Source of the DNA: Octopus sinensis
Taxonomy: Eukaryota
NCBI RefSeq assembly: GCF_006345805.1
Contig: NC_042998.1
Span: 93,372,001 to 93,436,000 of the forward strand
Reading direction: 5' to 3'
DNA: 64,000 nucleotides
Part shown: one piece after another, positions 40,086-52,499 of the stretch
How the letters are laid out: every line of letters begins with the position of its first letter
How positions within the stretch are numbered: position 1 is the stretch's first letter
Notes under the pieces: generated by a model
Seen by the model: the letters and a program-made list of their open reading frames with translations, nothing else
The model's database searches: none
Told to the model about the DNA's origin: nothing
Made by a program: the position numbers and the translations under genes

Positions 40086-40186
40086 TATAATTTCAACAAT
40101 TGAGGGCAAAATTAATTAATTATTAATCAATTTCACCAAGTGTTCAGTATGCAAAGGGACCATTCAAGGCGAATTCAAATTATTAC

Positions 40187-40702
40187 ATTATATAAAAGGG
40201 CTTAGTAAAATAAATTACTTTGCCGCATACTGAACTCATTAGAAATAGCAGCTAAAAAACTTTTTTAAGGCTATTTCTAATACTTAAAGAAAATCTCTCT
40301 CATATATAGTGTTTGCATAATTTAACTCACAAAAGTTTGGGGGTAATGACATCGAAAAATCAAATGCTAAGGTTATTCGAGAACGTACGTTCAAGATTAG
40401 TCAAAACAACATTTCTATCATCGGCTCGGAAATTCCTTGGTTTGGATTTGGAGACACTGAAAATAAGAACATACCCTCTCGAAGATCTGCTCCCAACTAA
40501 CAGTGCCAGCAAATAACCTTAGCATTTGATTTTTCGATGTCATTACCCCCAAACTTTTGTGAGTTAAATTATGCAAACACTATATATGAGAGAGATTTTC
40601 TTTAAGTATTAGAAATAGCCTTAAAAAAGTTTTTTAGCTGCTATTTCTAATGAGTTCAGTATGCGGCAAAGTAATTTATTTTACTAAGCCCTTTTATATA
40701 AT
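40187..40702. mobile_element. Fold-back element / long-TIR MITE: 191-bp inverted arms around a 134-bp spacer
   Basis: 40187-40377 reads as the exact reverse complement of 40512-40702 (by eye); ends buried in TA. Confidence 0.9.
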
Positions 40703-40719
40703 ATATATATATATATATA

Positions 40720-40885
40720 CGACGGGCTTCTTTCAGTTTCCGTCTACCAAATCCAATCATAAGACTTTGGTCGGCCCAAAGCTATAGTACAAAACATTTG
40801 CTCAAGGTGTCACGCAATGGGACTGAACTCGGAACAATGTGGTTGGGAAGCAACCTTCTTGCCACACAGCCACTCCTGCGCCTCT
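40720..40885 (-). mobile_element. tRNA-derived CORE-like SINE head fragment
   Basis: Matches the reverse complement of 36835-37000. Confidence 0.85.
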
Positions 40886-41229
40886 GCAAAATTTCTTTAA
40901 AAAAGGTAAAAAAAAAAAGTATTCTTCAGAAAGTTACAAGACACTCATACTGCACCTCTTATGTTATCTCTCTCCCGCTTTTACTCTCTATCTCCCCCCT
41001 TTCTCTCTCATGTAAAGTGTAACTGGGGAAACCAACCAACCGACCGACTGACGTTTGTATTGTTTGTTATTAAACAAACTGTCTCACAACACTTTACAAC
41101 TAAATCGTGAACATATTCTTTAATCATTAATCTTTTGTCATATTATTTCTTCGTCACTCCTCCACCGCAAACCATTTCCTTTACGGTGTTCAATCTCCAC
41201 CTCAGTGCTTAAAAAGATCCTTCAATAAC

Positions 41230-41533
41230 TGGCCCTCCGTCGGTTACGACGACGAGTGTTCCGGTTGATCTGAGCCTGCTCCTGAAGTTAACGTGCAAGT
41301 GGCTGAGTTCTCCGCAGACACGCGTCTACACTCAACAAGGATCTCAAGGGGGTTCAGCCAGACACAGAATCTGACAAGGCTAGCCCTTTGCAATGCAGGT
41401 ACGACTCATTTCTGCCAGCTGGGTTAACTGAAATAAAGTGTCTTGCTCAAAAACACAACGCGACTCTGGGAATCGAACTCACAACCTTACAATTGAGAGC
41501 CGAATACCCGAAATGACTAAGCAATGCGCCTTC
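41230..41533 (-). mobile_element. tRNA-derived SINE, third family
   Basis: Minus-strand head GAAGGCGCATTGCTTAGTC...GTGAGTTCGATTCCC (B-box-like) followed by TTGAGCAAGACACTTTA. Confidence 0.7.
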
Positions 41534-41568
41534 ATAAAGATACTTCAATGCAACACCCGGGCACTGCT

Positions 41569-42144
41569 TCAAGGCGGCGAGCTGGCAGAATCGTTAGCAC
41601 GCCGGGCGAAATGCTTAGCGGTATTTCGTCTGCCGTTACTTTCTGAGTTCAAATTCCGCCGAGGTCGACTTTGCCTTTCATCCTTTCGGGGTCGATAAAT
41701 TAAGTACCAGTTACACACTGGGGTCAATATAATCTACTTAATCCGTTTGTCTGTCCTTGTTTGTCCTCTCTGTGTTTAGCCCCTTGTGGATAGTAAAGAA
41801 ATAGGTATTTCGTCTGTCTTTACGTTCTGAGTTCAAGTTCCGCCGAGGTCGACTTTGCCTTTCATCCTTTCGGGGTCGATAAATTAAGTACCAGTTACGC
41901 ACTGGGGTCAATATAATCGACTTAATCCGTTTGTCCTCTCTGTGTTTAGCCCCTTGTGGGTAGTAAAGAAATAGGTATTTCGTCTGTCTTTACGTTCTGA
42001 GTTCAAATTCCGCCGATGTCGACTTTGCCTTTCATCCTTTCGGAGCTGATAAATTAAGTACCAGTTGCGTACTGGGATCGATCTAATCGACTAGCCTCCT
42101 TCCCCGCAAAATTTCGGGCCTTGTGCTTAGAGCAGAAAAGAATA
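41569..42144 (+). mobile_element. Trimeric SINE (second family) flanked by an 18-bp TSD
   Basis: One head, then bodies restarting at GTATTTCGTCTG (41621, 41805, 41975); CAACACCCGGGCACTGCT at 41551-41568 and 42145-42162. Confidence 0.92.
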
Positions 42145-42774
42145 CAACACCCGGGCACTGCTGAGTACTGCTGTTAATATAGTATGTATTGTAAAACAAA
42201 ACAAAAAAGAAAAACGAGACAAGACTATATAACCACCACTTAAGACACTTGTTATTAGCCACAATAGTTGTGTCTCCAGGTAATATTCCACGAGTTGGGT
42301 GTCTTTTGTTAATCCACCAAATATACAACCATACCCAACCCCGTGACATTAAAGGTTTTCTCTTTCAGCTGGCAACTCCCAACTCTCTGATATAACTTTA
42401 ACGATTGCCGAGTGTAATAAGATATCTTTGTCAGCTATTTTTGTTGTTGTTGTTGTTGGTGGTGGTGATAAATTCCACTTTCATTTATTTATTTATTTAT
42501 CTATTCATTTATTTTATGATTAATTATTTCCTTGCACCATCAACCATCAGAAGCTTTCTTATCAAATAAAATGATCGATGAGGTCAGCAGTTAATCTCGT
42601 CACTACTTAAACCTGTCTCCCAAAATGGGTGAAATACAGCTGGTCTCCAACAGACGGTGTTGTACAACAATAAACTCTTAATATTATGGGATATATTCAC
42701 TTATTACGTGATTTCAGTTGAATCAAAGCTGACAAAACAGAATCTGTATGGAAGCCAGTCTAATGAACTATACC

Positions 42775-43380
42775 TATTTCTTTACTACCCGCAAGGGGCT
42801 AAACACAGAGGTGACAAACAAGGACAGACAAACAGATTAAGGCGATTACATCGATCCCAGTGCGTAACTGGTACTTAATTTATCGACCCCGAAAGGATGA
42901 AAGGCAAAGTCGACCTCGGCGGAATTTCAACTCAGAACGTAACGGCAGAACGAAATACCTATTTCTTTACTACCCACAAGGGGCTAAACACAGAGGGGAC
43001 AAACAAGGACAGACAAACAGATTAAGTCGATTACATCGACCCCAGTGCGTAACTGGTACTTAATTTATCGACCCGGAAAGGATGAAAGGCAAAGTCGACC
43101 TCGGCGGAATTTCAACTCAGAACGTAACGGCAGAACGAAATACCTATTTCTTTACTACCCACAAGGGGCTAAACACAGAGGAGACAAACAAGGACAGACA
43201 AACAGATTAAGTCGATTACATCGACCTCAGTGCGTAACTGGTACTTAAGTTATCGACCCCGAAAGGATGAAAGGCAAAGTCGACCTCGGCGGAATTTGTA
43301 CTCAGAACGTAACGGCAGACGAAATACGGCGACGCATTTCGCCCGGCGTGCTAAAGTTTCTGCCAGCTCGCCGCCTTTCA
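42775..43380 (-). mobile_element. Trimeric SINE (three ~185-bp units plus head) flanked by a 13-bp TSD
   Basis: TACCTATTTC at 42771, 42956 and 43141; AATGAACTATACC at 42762-42774 and 43381-43393. Confidence 0.92.
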
Positions 43381-43979
43381 AATGAACTATACCAGTAATT
43401 AAAACGAGGGGATGACAACACATAAAGCCACCCTGACTCTGCCTGGTGTTTAGTGTTGGTCGTCCTCCATTTTGCAAAGTGATCAAAACTCCATCATTTA
43501 TATACCACAACAACGACGACGGAGACACCCAAGCAGATGACCAAAGGTCTGCAGCTGCTTCCGCCTATGAAACGTCTGTGTTATGAAAATCACAGAAGTG
43601 GCGGTATTTCGTCATCGCGTGCACGTGATGCGCTGACAACTTCAACGAAAGATCTGTTGTCTGTTTGTCGGTCGAAAGATTTTAAGTTCTGACTTGCGTT
43701 GAAAATGGATTATTATGAAGAAAAACTGAGAGTGAAGAGTAAAGCAGTCTCACTCTTCGTCCACAGCTTCCTGAAACATTAGCAAGGCGGCCGAGAAGAC
43801 TTGTGTATATGAAGGATGTAGGTGAAATGACCAGGGTGATCTATGTGTCTCACTATACCCTGAGGTACACGTCGTTGGATATCGTCTTTCTGACCGTCAA
43901 AAACAAGAACTTTTAGGGGTTGGTTTTCTTCCATACAGTTCCAAATCTGGGGCAGGATAGCTGCTGCTGCTGCTGCACA

Positions 43980-44345
43980 CAGACATCTTAATCAAAACCC
44001 AGAGAAAGGCTACGAGACCAATTAACATGAAGCCATTCACAAATATACTTCAGCCTCTGGCCTAAAGATACACTGTCTCCTCCCTCGGCCAGTTGTACTG
44101 CTACTACATTGGCCGCTGTTCCGCAGAACTAGCTAGTCCCATACCATCCCCACTTCATTAGTCCAAGTTATCTTACCTCTACTCTCCCGCCCCCATACTG
44201 TGTCACTCTCACTCAAACTCCACACTAGCCACTAGAACAGATCCTTCCTCCATAGAACGTTGTCCCTCTGGAATTCTCTCATATTTCCATTCAACTATTG
44301 ACTTAAAACAGCTTAAGTGGAACCCTAATAAAACCAATCTCACCG
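43980..44345 (+). mobile_element. Old LINE (Jockey/CR1-like) ORF2 C-terminal remnant
   Basis: RSFLHRTLSLWNSL near 44238-44280 resembles the SFF.Rt...WN.LP C-terminal motif. Confidence 0.4.
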
Positions 44346-45022
44346 GTGCTGGAGGGCATCAAGGACAACCCCTTCTTCTGCACCAACCAATAAAGAATAA
44401 AAAATACACATTCACGTTCTCTCTCTCTCTTTCTCTCTCTCTCATACACACACACACACACGCGTCTTCCACGACAACATACATAAACTATTATCACCAG
44501 TACCATCAACAGTACCCCTACCATTACACCGCCATTACCACCGTCCTCACCTTTACCCCACTGGTAATCCCCACCCCCACCACTATCACCATCAACCCCA
44601 ACCGCCCTCACCACTACCACCACACCTGCTACAGATGACATTTACAAGAGCGGGGCCCCTACTCACGCTCTTACGTAGTCGACACATCTATTGACAAAGA
44701 TGAGTTATGTTAGCAACCGTCGAGAGTGATCGTCAACGAGACGTTCTCCGACGTTCCTTAGACTCTCACTCGCTCTTTCAGACGATTAAGGAAGGAAAGT
44801 AATTCTTACACACGGCTCCTACACATCCGTCGGAAGATATTCAAGTGTCAAGCCGTGTATTGATATCATAAACGAGTCTTTGTCTATTGTCCTTTCTCTT
44901 CTTTTCGCTCCCAACGAGTCACATCGAAGAACAAAGCAATATTTATCACTATTCCCCCCCCCTCCAGATACCGCCACATCCTTACATTGTTGCTGTCTTG
45001 TATTTTATTCATGTCGTAAGAC

Positions 45023-45053
<31 letters not shown>

Positions 45054-45159
45054 TATATTTCTAGTTAATATATTTCATATTCACTTCAGTAAATATATTA
45101 TCACTAACTCAACTGTTGTATTTCCTTGCAGACAGCGTCTAAGATTAATTCATCTTCCG

Positions 45160-45190
<31 letters not shown>

Positions 45191-45368
45191 ATAATAATAA
45201 TAATAATAATTAATTCTTTTATTGGCCACAAGGGCTGACAAAAATCAATGATCACATAAAGGGACAAAACAGGACGAAAGGTGAAAAAATCCGAGTGAAA
45301 AAAGCAGTTTAACAACGAAAATATTACAACGAAAAAAACTTCCAATAGGGTGAGGCAATAATAATAAT

Positions 45369-45643
45369 GGAATAACAAAGGTTGTGGTCAATGAGGAGAG
45401 TAGATGTGATATCAACAGTAATTGGTGCATTTGGTAGTATCAGCACTCAACTACCAACATGGCTGAAAAAGATCGGTGCAAGTGTGAAGGTAGAACACCT
45501 ACAAAAATCAGCATTGCTAAGAACTGCAAGAATTCTTCGCAGGGTTCTTGAAGCATGACCAGTAAACAAGTGCCACCTTAGTCTGCTGGCTGTGGACAGC
45601 TGACACTTTTCATCATACCCAGCAAAATAAACTGTGAGTTTTC

Positions 45644-45686
<43 letters not shown>
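45369..45686 (+). mobile_element. R4/Dong-type RLE LINE 3' end with (TAA)n at both ends
   Basis: Frame QRLWSMRRVDVISTVIGAFGSISTQLPTWLKKIGASVKVEHLQKSALLRTARILRRVLEA* (stop 45556-45558); (AAT)n at 45357-45368 and 45647-45686. Confidence 0.75.
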
Positions 45687-45866
45687 CCTTTCTACTATAG
45701 GCACAAGGCATGAAATTTTTGGGGAAGGGACAAGTCGATTACATCGACCCCAGTACTTAACTGGTACTTAATTTACCGACCCCGAAAGGATAAGTCAACA
45801 TCGGTGGAATTTGAACCCAGAACGTAAGGACGGAGGGAAAATGCCGCTAAGCGTTTTGTCCAGCGT
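45687..45866 (-). mobile_element. SINE (second family) whose tail runs into the shared (ATT)n tract
   Basis: Reverse complement ends GCCTTGTGCCTATAGTAGAAAGG(ATT)n. Confidence 0.8.
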
Positions 45867-45869
45867 AGG

Positions 45870-46420
45870 TAGCAAGAACGAAACAACCTCACATATTGCA
45901 AGTGTAGCAAGCTGGCCCAAAAGTACAACGAAAGGAGGCATGATAACGTGGCTAAGTTCGTCCACTGGAGGCTATGTGAAAAGTACGGCCTGAACAGAAC
46001 ATGGAAATGGCGCCATCAAGAACTAGTAGGACTCACAGAGGAGAATAATATTAGATACTGTGGGATTTCACAATCCAATGTCACTCCTTAATCGAGGCTC
46101 AGAGACCAGATATTGTTGTGGTAGAGAAGGGAAAAAGGAATCCAAGATTATAGATATTGAAGTAACAGGGGATGCAGGCATAAGTGACAAAGAACCAGAA
46201 AAGACTGAAAAGTACAGACTACTAAAAGACGAAATTGTAAGAATGTGGACTATGAGGAGAGTGTCTGTCATTCCAGTAGTTGTAGGGGCACTCGGGGCAC
46301 TAAGAACCAAGTTTGAGAAATACGTCAGAGAAATGGGAATCGACATGAGAGCAGAGCAATTCCCCAAAAATCTGCTCTGCTGGGGACAGCTAGGATTTTG
46401 AGATTGGTACTTGGATGTTG
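45870..46420 (+). mobile_element. Second R4/Dong-type RLE LINE fragment (zinc knuckle region plus RLE)
   Basis: RRHDNVAKFVHWRLCEKYG...ILWDF then IIDIEVTGD...EKTEKYRLLKDEIVRMWTMRRVSVIPVVVGALG (ORF 46060-46401). Confidence 0.8.
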
Positions 46421-46554
46421 AATGTCTTTCACGATAATTAACATCCAATTATCAAAGATTATAAAGAGACCCTGTGAGACTGCAGACAAGAGACTGCTGT
46501 CTGCTCTCACAGAATCAACCAAGGCAAACAAGATCGAGCGCTCTGAGAAGTAAA

Positions 46555-46915
46555 ACAACAAGAGCACTCAGAGAGCGCAAACCTCTGTCACGGCAACACC
46601 AACGTCCTCTCAACGATTAACCGGAGACGATTTTTAAAATGAGAATATCTGAAATAAACTCGAACGCTCTCACAAACGAGAATACTAAAAATGAACCCAA
46701 CCACTCTCAAAAATCAAGTAAAAAACCGGGGAAAATAATCAAGAATCCTTGTCCGGTACCGGATCGATCCCGAAATCTAATCAGTTCGTGCCAGTTACGA
46801 AGCCAAACATCCCCGAGAGTTTCATCCGAATCCATCCAGCGGTTCTTGAGATATCTTGTCCACAGACAAACAAATATGACTGAAAACAATACCTCCGCTA
46901 AGACGGAAGTCATAA
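46555..46915 (+). mobile_element. Non-autonomous Helentron/DINE-1-like (HINE) element
   Basis: Starts AACAAGAGCACTCAGAGAGCGCAAACCTC; ends ACAGACAAACAAA...GAAAACAATACCTCCGCTAAGACGGAAGT with a terminal hairpin; no coding capacity. Confidence 0.5.
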
Positions 46916-48364
46916 TAATTGTATTTCTATTGACACCAGTAAATATCACTGATTCAACTACTGTTTTCTTGCAGAGAACATCTAAAAGTAATTTATTCTC
47001 CGAATATGTTTCTGCTTTTCTACATCAACAAATGTATCATATTGTGCATTTACTTCGTGACTCTATCGTTACAACTTCAGCAAATACAGCGAAGCTTACA
47101 CTGTCACTAAGGAGATCTAACAATCTCGAAATATGCATGGAGTTGTCTTCCGTTTTGATGCCGAAAGATTCAACATTAATCAATAACTAATGTTTTCTCT
47201 TCTCCAGCTTATAATTATTTCACCACATAATTATTTAAATGAATTAATTAGATGTAGCTCACTCAATTAAGGTTCACAGCATTAAACATGTTAACTAATA
47301 ACAATTAATCAGATCAGCTCCTCTTGGTGGGATGTGAAATTATTGAGACTGTCTAACTAGGGCCAAACAATTCAACCCTCAAGACTTTTAAAAGCGCGGT
47401 TTGTTTGGGTGTGATAACATTTAGGGAATAAAGGATAAAATCTTCCCAATTTCCACATAGACAACACATGGTCAAAGAAAGGATTCCTAGATAATCTCTT
47501 ACTTATTTCTGACTTCTTATTGAAGCAGAGTATATAAAGATTTTCCGGCCAACATAGATTACAATTTACTCGAGATGAATTTTTAGAAGACCTGATGCCT
47601 ATTGCTGACTGCTAATTCAATCGATGCAAGTTTATGATAGCTTAAGTATTTTTTGAACCAATCAATGTGTTGTGGCGAGAGTCATTGACACCCCTGTGGG
47701 ACTGGAAGAATGGACTAGCCGAACTCTTATAAAGAATAACGTATTAGTTGTGAGGGAAAAGTTGTAGGAGTCGTGGAGTGGGGCCCATGCAGCCATTTCA
47801 TTTATTCCATTTTTATATAACATTCATCCTCATTCGTTTTATGTTTAATGTTCCCACTGTGGTGTTGTATCTGTCCTTGTAGTGTCCCCCTCTGTGTTAG
47901 GGGCCATGGTGCCCCCCCCCCCAAAAGAGTTGTTGGAGTCGTTGAGAGTTGGTATTTATTGGAATATCATATTTAGTGGAGTCATTTGAGGTACGTCGTG
48001 TGAAGCCAGTTGTGTCTAGCTCCGCTTCGTGAAATCTGTTTATCCAGCGTATAGAAGGATGTAAAACAATGTGTGAAGAGTTCAAATAAAAATGCGGCCA
48101 ATAATTTGATACGTTAAAGGCAACAAAAATAAAATTTTTGATATCTTGTTGGAACGTATATCCGCACATAACTGTATAAACACACATATACAATTGTAAA
48201 CTTTAAAATATACTCAAAACATATTGGAGGGGCGTGTTTCTATATATTTGTGCACAATGCCATATAAGCATGCGAACATTTATGTATGTATGTATAAAAT
48301 ATAATAAATAGCAGCACAAGAAATATGTTACGCTCATTTCGAAAACTAATCAAACACATTAAAG

Positions 48365-48561
48365 CAGTGGTTCCCAAACTTTTTAGAGTCGCGACCCACT
48401 ATTTATCACACCAGTTTATGACGACCCACTTAACTCTACTGAGTATCTCGATAGACAGCAGTTGATCAAAGCTAATGTGTAATTTTATAACTATTTGCGA
48501 CCCACTAAGATTCCGTTCGCGACCCATCTGTGGGTCGCGACTCATAGTTTGGGAACCACTG
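48365..48561. mobile_element. hAT (Charlie-like) MITE, 197 bp
   Basis: Perfect 16-bp TIR CAGTGGTTCCCAAACT / AGTTTGGGAACCACTG; perfect 8-bp TSD CATTAAAG (48357-48364, 48562-48569); internal GCGACCCA repeats. Confidence 0.92.
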
Positions 48562-49483
48562 CATTAAAGAATACAACCGGTTCATTGAACCAATTTTTAA
48601 GCTGGTTAATAGATTCTGAAGTCGTTTGGAAAACTAAATATATCTAATTAAAAATTATACACTATTTACTCAAAATACACAGTTAGACAGACGCATATAT
48701 ATGAACATACATAGACAGGCGCATATATATGAACGTACACGAACACGCAAAGACACATACACACAAATGTGATCGCAGACAAGTGAGACGCATACATCGA
48801 CAACAGACAAACATCTACACACATACACACGCGCGCTGCACGAAACAAGAAGTGACCTGCGAACGACGATGACGCCTTTCTATAGTTTCACGACCTGTTT
48901 AGAAATAGCAGCCAGATCTTCCCTGGGTTAAAGATCGAGGACCAGACATTAGATAATGTAGTCATAGACACTCCAGTAAAGCCTGGTGGGTTACGGTTGG
49001 AAAGCCTTTGATCATAGGCCGTTTCAATCAAGGTGTACACCTGGCTCGCCGCCGCCACTATCACCACTCAGGGTAGCCGGATTATCTGTCCCCGCCCTTT
49101 GCAATACGGAGAAAAGCTTTGCACAAAAGCTCATGGAAGACGATGACATTAATGGAATGCAGGTTTTTTTTATACATCTGTCGCCGTCTCTTTATAATGC
49201 TCTCTCTCTTTAACTCCCAACACACAATAAGATTATTTCAAGTGGACAGGAATTAAGGAATTACTTATCTAATTCTATCGCTGAAAACAATGTTTACTTT
49301 TGGTTTAAGGTTGGAGAGAATCGGTACAAAAGTTGAGTTAGGACATATTTTTAGAATCTAGAGACTGACTTCTTATTCTCTCAACACCGTTTCCATTGTG
49401 TCACTTTGTGTAAACTAATCACGAAACAATAGAATAGTTTGTTTTCGAGTACTAACTACTCTGTCTGTCTGTCTGTCTCTCTA

Positions 49484-49526
<43 letters not shown>

Positions 49527-49554
49527 GTTCAAATTTATACAAAAAAGCAAAAAA

Positions 49555-49700
49555 CAGATATAGGGGGGAGAGAATAACAACAAGGTGTACTAGTTTCGAC
49601 GCTCAGGAAAAATGGAAGAGGTGTTTGACGTTTCGAGCCTAAGCTCTTCTATAGGAAAGAGTGGAGGAGAGAAAAGATAGAAAGAGAGGAAATCTCTCTT
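49555..49700 (-). mobile_element. Penelope-like element terminal fragment
   Basis: Reverse complement GAAGAGCTTAGGCTCGAAACGTCAAAC...CTGAGCGTCGAAAC; same family as 53690-53860. Confidence 0.45.
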
Positions 49701-50311
49701 ACATGAAGAATTTTTCGAATTTGTAGACAGGTTTGCTATTCCCAATAGAAAAAAAAGGGTCCTGCTTTTGGCGGGCTTGTCGAAATCAACCCGACGTCCA
49801 CTATTTTCATTCTCGGCCAGGCTGAAAACAGACTGATAGATAATTATCTGTCTATCTGTCTGTCAGTCTATGCACTGTTTGTGGTCGCATTATGAACACG
49901 TGATGCTTATACAGCCCCAACGGTTCCATCAGAGCAATGCTAACCTTTCTGTTCAAAGGTGTGGTCATCAACTCCTGGGTTAAAAATTCCTGTTGCTGTT
50001 ATTCTTAACCAAATTGTCTGCCACATTGTGGTAGTGGCTTAGTCGAAAGTCAATCCTCATTTATCAAATTTATGATGAAAGACGTTCCAGCCATGACTAT
50101 TCCATCTGTTTCCAATCATGGTGTATATACTAGTGTGCCTTTCTTTTTCTTGAGACTGATTGTGAAAGGAAGGTAACCCCAGATCAAAGCTCTAGAGGCA
50201 CCCAGGAGTAACCGTGAGTTAGTGTTAAAGGTTAAACCAAAATTGATTCTGTCACGAACAGTCTCTCTGATTGGCTTCCATTTCATTTCTGCCAACGAAA
50301 TTCCAGGAATA

Positions 50312-50690
50312 AGCGCAGACATGGCTGAGTGGTTAAGAATCTCGCTTTGTTACCACGCGGTTCCAGGTTCAGTCCCACAGCGCGGCACTGTGGACAAGTC
50401 TGTTTTAAAAGATCCGGGTTGACCAATGCTTTCTGAGTGGATTTGACGGAGGAAACTAGAAGAAACTTGTCGCGTACGCGCATGCGTGTGTGTGTGTTTT
50501 CTACAGCTGCTTGGCGACCAATGTTGGTTTGTTAACGTCTCTGTAACTTAGCAGCGGTTCGGCAAAAGTACCGATAGAATAAGCACCAGACTTAAACACT
50601 GGGGTGGATTTGTTCGACCGAAACCCTTCAAGAGATGCCCCTGTATGGCCGCTGTCCAATGACTGAAACAAGTGAAAGATAGAATGCTTT
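50312..50690 (+). mobile_element. Degenerate full-length CORE-like SINE
   Basis: Head GCAGACATGGCTGAGTGGTTAAG; tail ATGGCCGCTGTCCAATGACTGAAACAAG. Confidence 0.75.
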
Positions 50691-51404
50691 GGTTGACCCA
50701 AGGCTAGAGTAGGAAATAATAGCCCAAAGTGCCACGCATTAGAATCGAACCTAAAATTAAATGATAACAAAGAGAACTTTTTAACCACACAACCCAGTCA
50801 GCTTGTAGAAAGATGTCGCTGTTGTGTCGAAATTAAGGCTCCTAAATATTTGATTATTGTCATTTAGTCCAAGGTCAGCCCTAATTAAGCAGAATAATGA
50901 TCAAAAGCATTCCAACCATGCCTATCCTATCTGTCACTAGTTATGCAAGACTATATTATCTGATGTATCATTTTCTTCCCTAAAACGACAGGGTTTACGT
51001 GAAGAGTGTCTGCTATTTCTTGTAGTAAAAACGGCCACATACAGGCTCATCCCCCCTCTATTGCTAGCCAAACTCCAGGTGAATTGTGAAGTGAAGCAAA
51101 ACATTGTAACCAAGTGCTGCTGGGAAATCAATAAAATGTATTTTCTCTCGAAATTTTACGGAACCAAAGGTAATATGTCTAATTAACATTTAGCTTTGAT
51201 TATTCAAGTGGAACAATCGAGGTATTTCCCTCACCCCCACAAGTATGTATGTATATATACACGTATATACATTCAATATTATAGGTGCGTATATATGTGC
51301 GAATACAAGCGTTCATGCACATGTATATACGTATGTGCAATTACATATGTATATATACAGGTTTATGTATACGCGCGTGTATGTGTATATATATCTTTTT
51401 TTTT

Positions 51405-51750
51405 AATCTCTTTTTTTCCTGTTTCAGTCATTAAACTGCGGTCATGCTGGGGCACCACCTTGAGAAATTAATAGTCGAATGAATCAACCCCAGTATTTAT
51501 TTGTTAAACTCTGGTGCTTATTCCATCGGTGACTTTTGCCGAACCGCTAAGTAACGAGGACGGGGGTGGACAAACACAGACACAAAGACACAACACGTAC
51601 ACGACGGACTACTTCCAGTTTCCGTCTACCGAATCTACTCACAAGACTTTGGTCGGCCCGAGAGGTTAGTAGAAGATACTTGCCCAAGGTGCTACGCAGT
51701 GGGACTGAACTGGGAACCATGTGGTTGAGAAGCAATCTTCTTACCGTATA
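51405..51750 (-). mobile_element. Degenerate full-length CORE-like SINE
   Basis: TTTCAGTCATTAAACTGCGGTCATGCTGGGGCACC tail and ACTTGCCCAAGGTGCTACGCAGTGGGACTGAAC head. Confidence 0.8.
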
Positions 51751-52153
51751 CGCTCATGCATGCACACGCAAACACAGCATCATTAACAAAGGCGGCAGAA
51801 CACAACCCTCTGTTCCTCCCATAAGCTACATTATGAAATAGGCGACCATAGTCGTGGGAAAATATATAATGGAATAAAACTCAGTGAATTAGGATTCTTC
51901 TGGAAGAAAAATCATCCATAATTGACCGTCAAATGAAGAAAGAAGAAAATCGTTTAGCGAGAAGCCATTTTATTCCTGAGAGTTAAGCACGGCGGTTATG
52001 ATTTTGTTACGATCATCTTTGTATGTAAACAATAAAAACGTTAACGATAAAAAAAAAGGGCTGGCTTTTTTTTTCTCTTTATTTTTCTGAGTTTTATACT
52101 CTAAAAAGAATATCTATCATGTTTCTTTGATACATTATTTCTGGGTCAAAGAC

Positions 52154-52206
<53 letters not shown>

Positions 52207-52499
52207 CGTCTGGTGAGCAGAAACCCATTCATTTAACTGTGAAAGGTCTGTCTCCTTGTCACTCCTCTTTGACAATCCATTACATACCAATGTCTTTTGT
52301 GAGGAGAGAGAGAAAACCAAATTACAAATAAACAATAAAAACGACCCCCTACTACTACTACTACTACTACTACTACCACTGCTAAAAACGCGGTCTAATG
52401 CCATGAAAGAAGATATGGTATATTTCTAAAAAGCTTGTTGAAAATCGTTTTACAACATACCCGTGTCAAATTCAGTGTTACCAAAGGAAAGTACCCCAC

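Noticed and set aside
41569-43380. CRISPR-like or satellite interpretation of the ~185-bp repeats
   Set aside because: No unique spacers, no cas genes, eukaryotic context; the units are SINE bodies bounded by TSDs.
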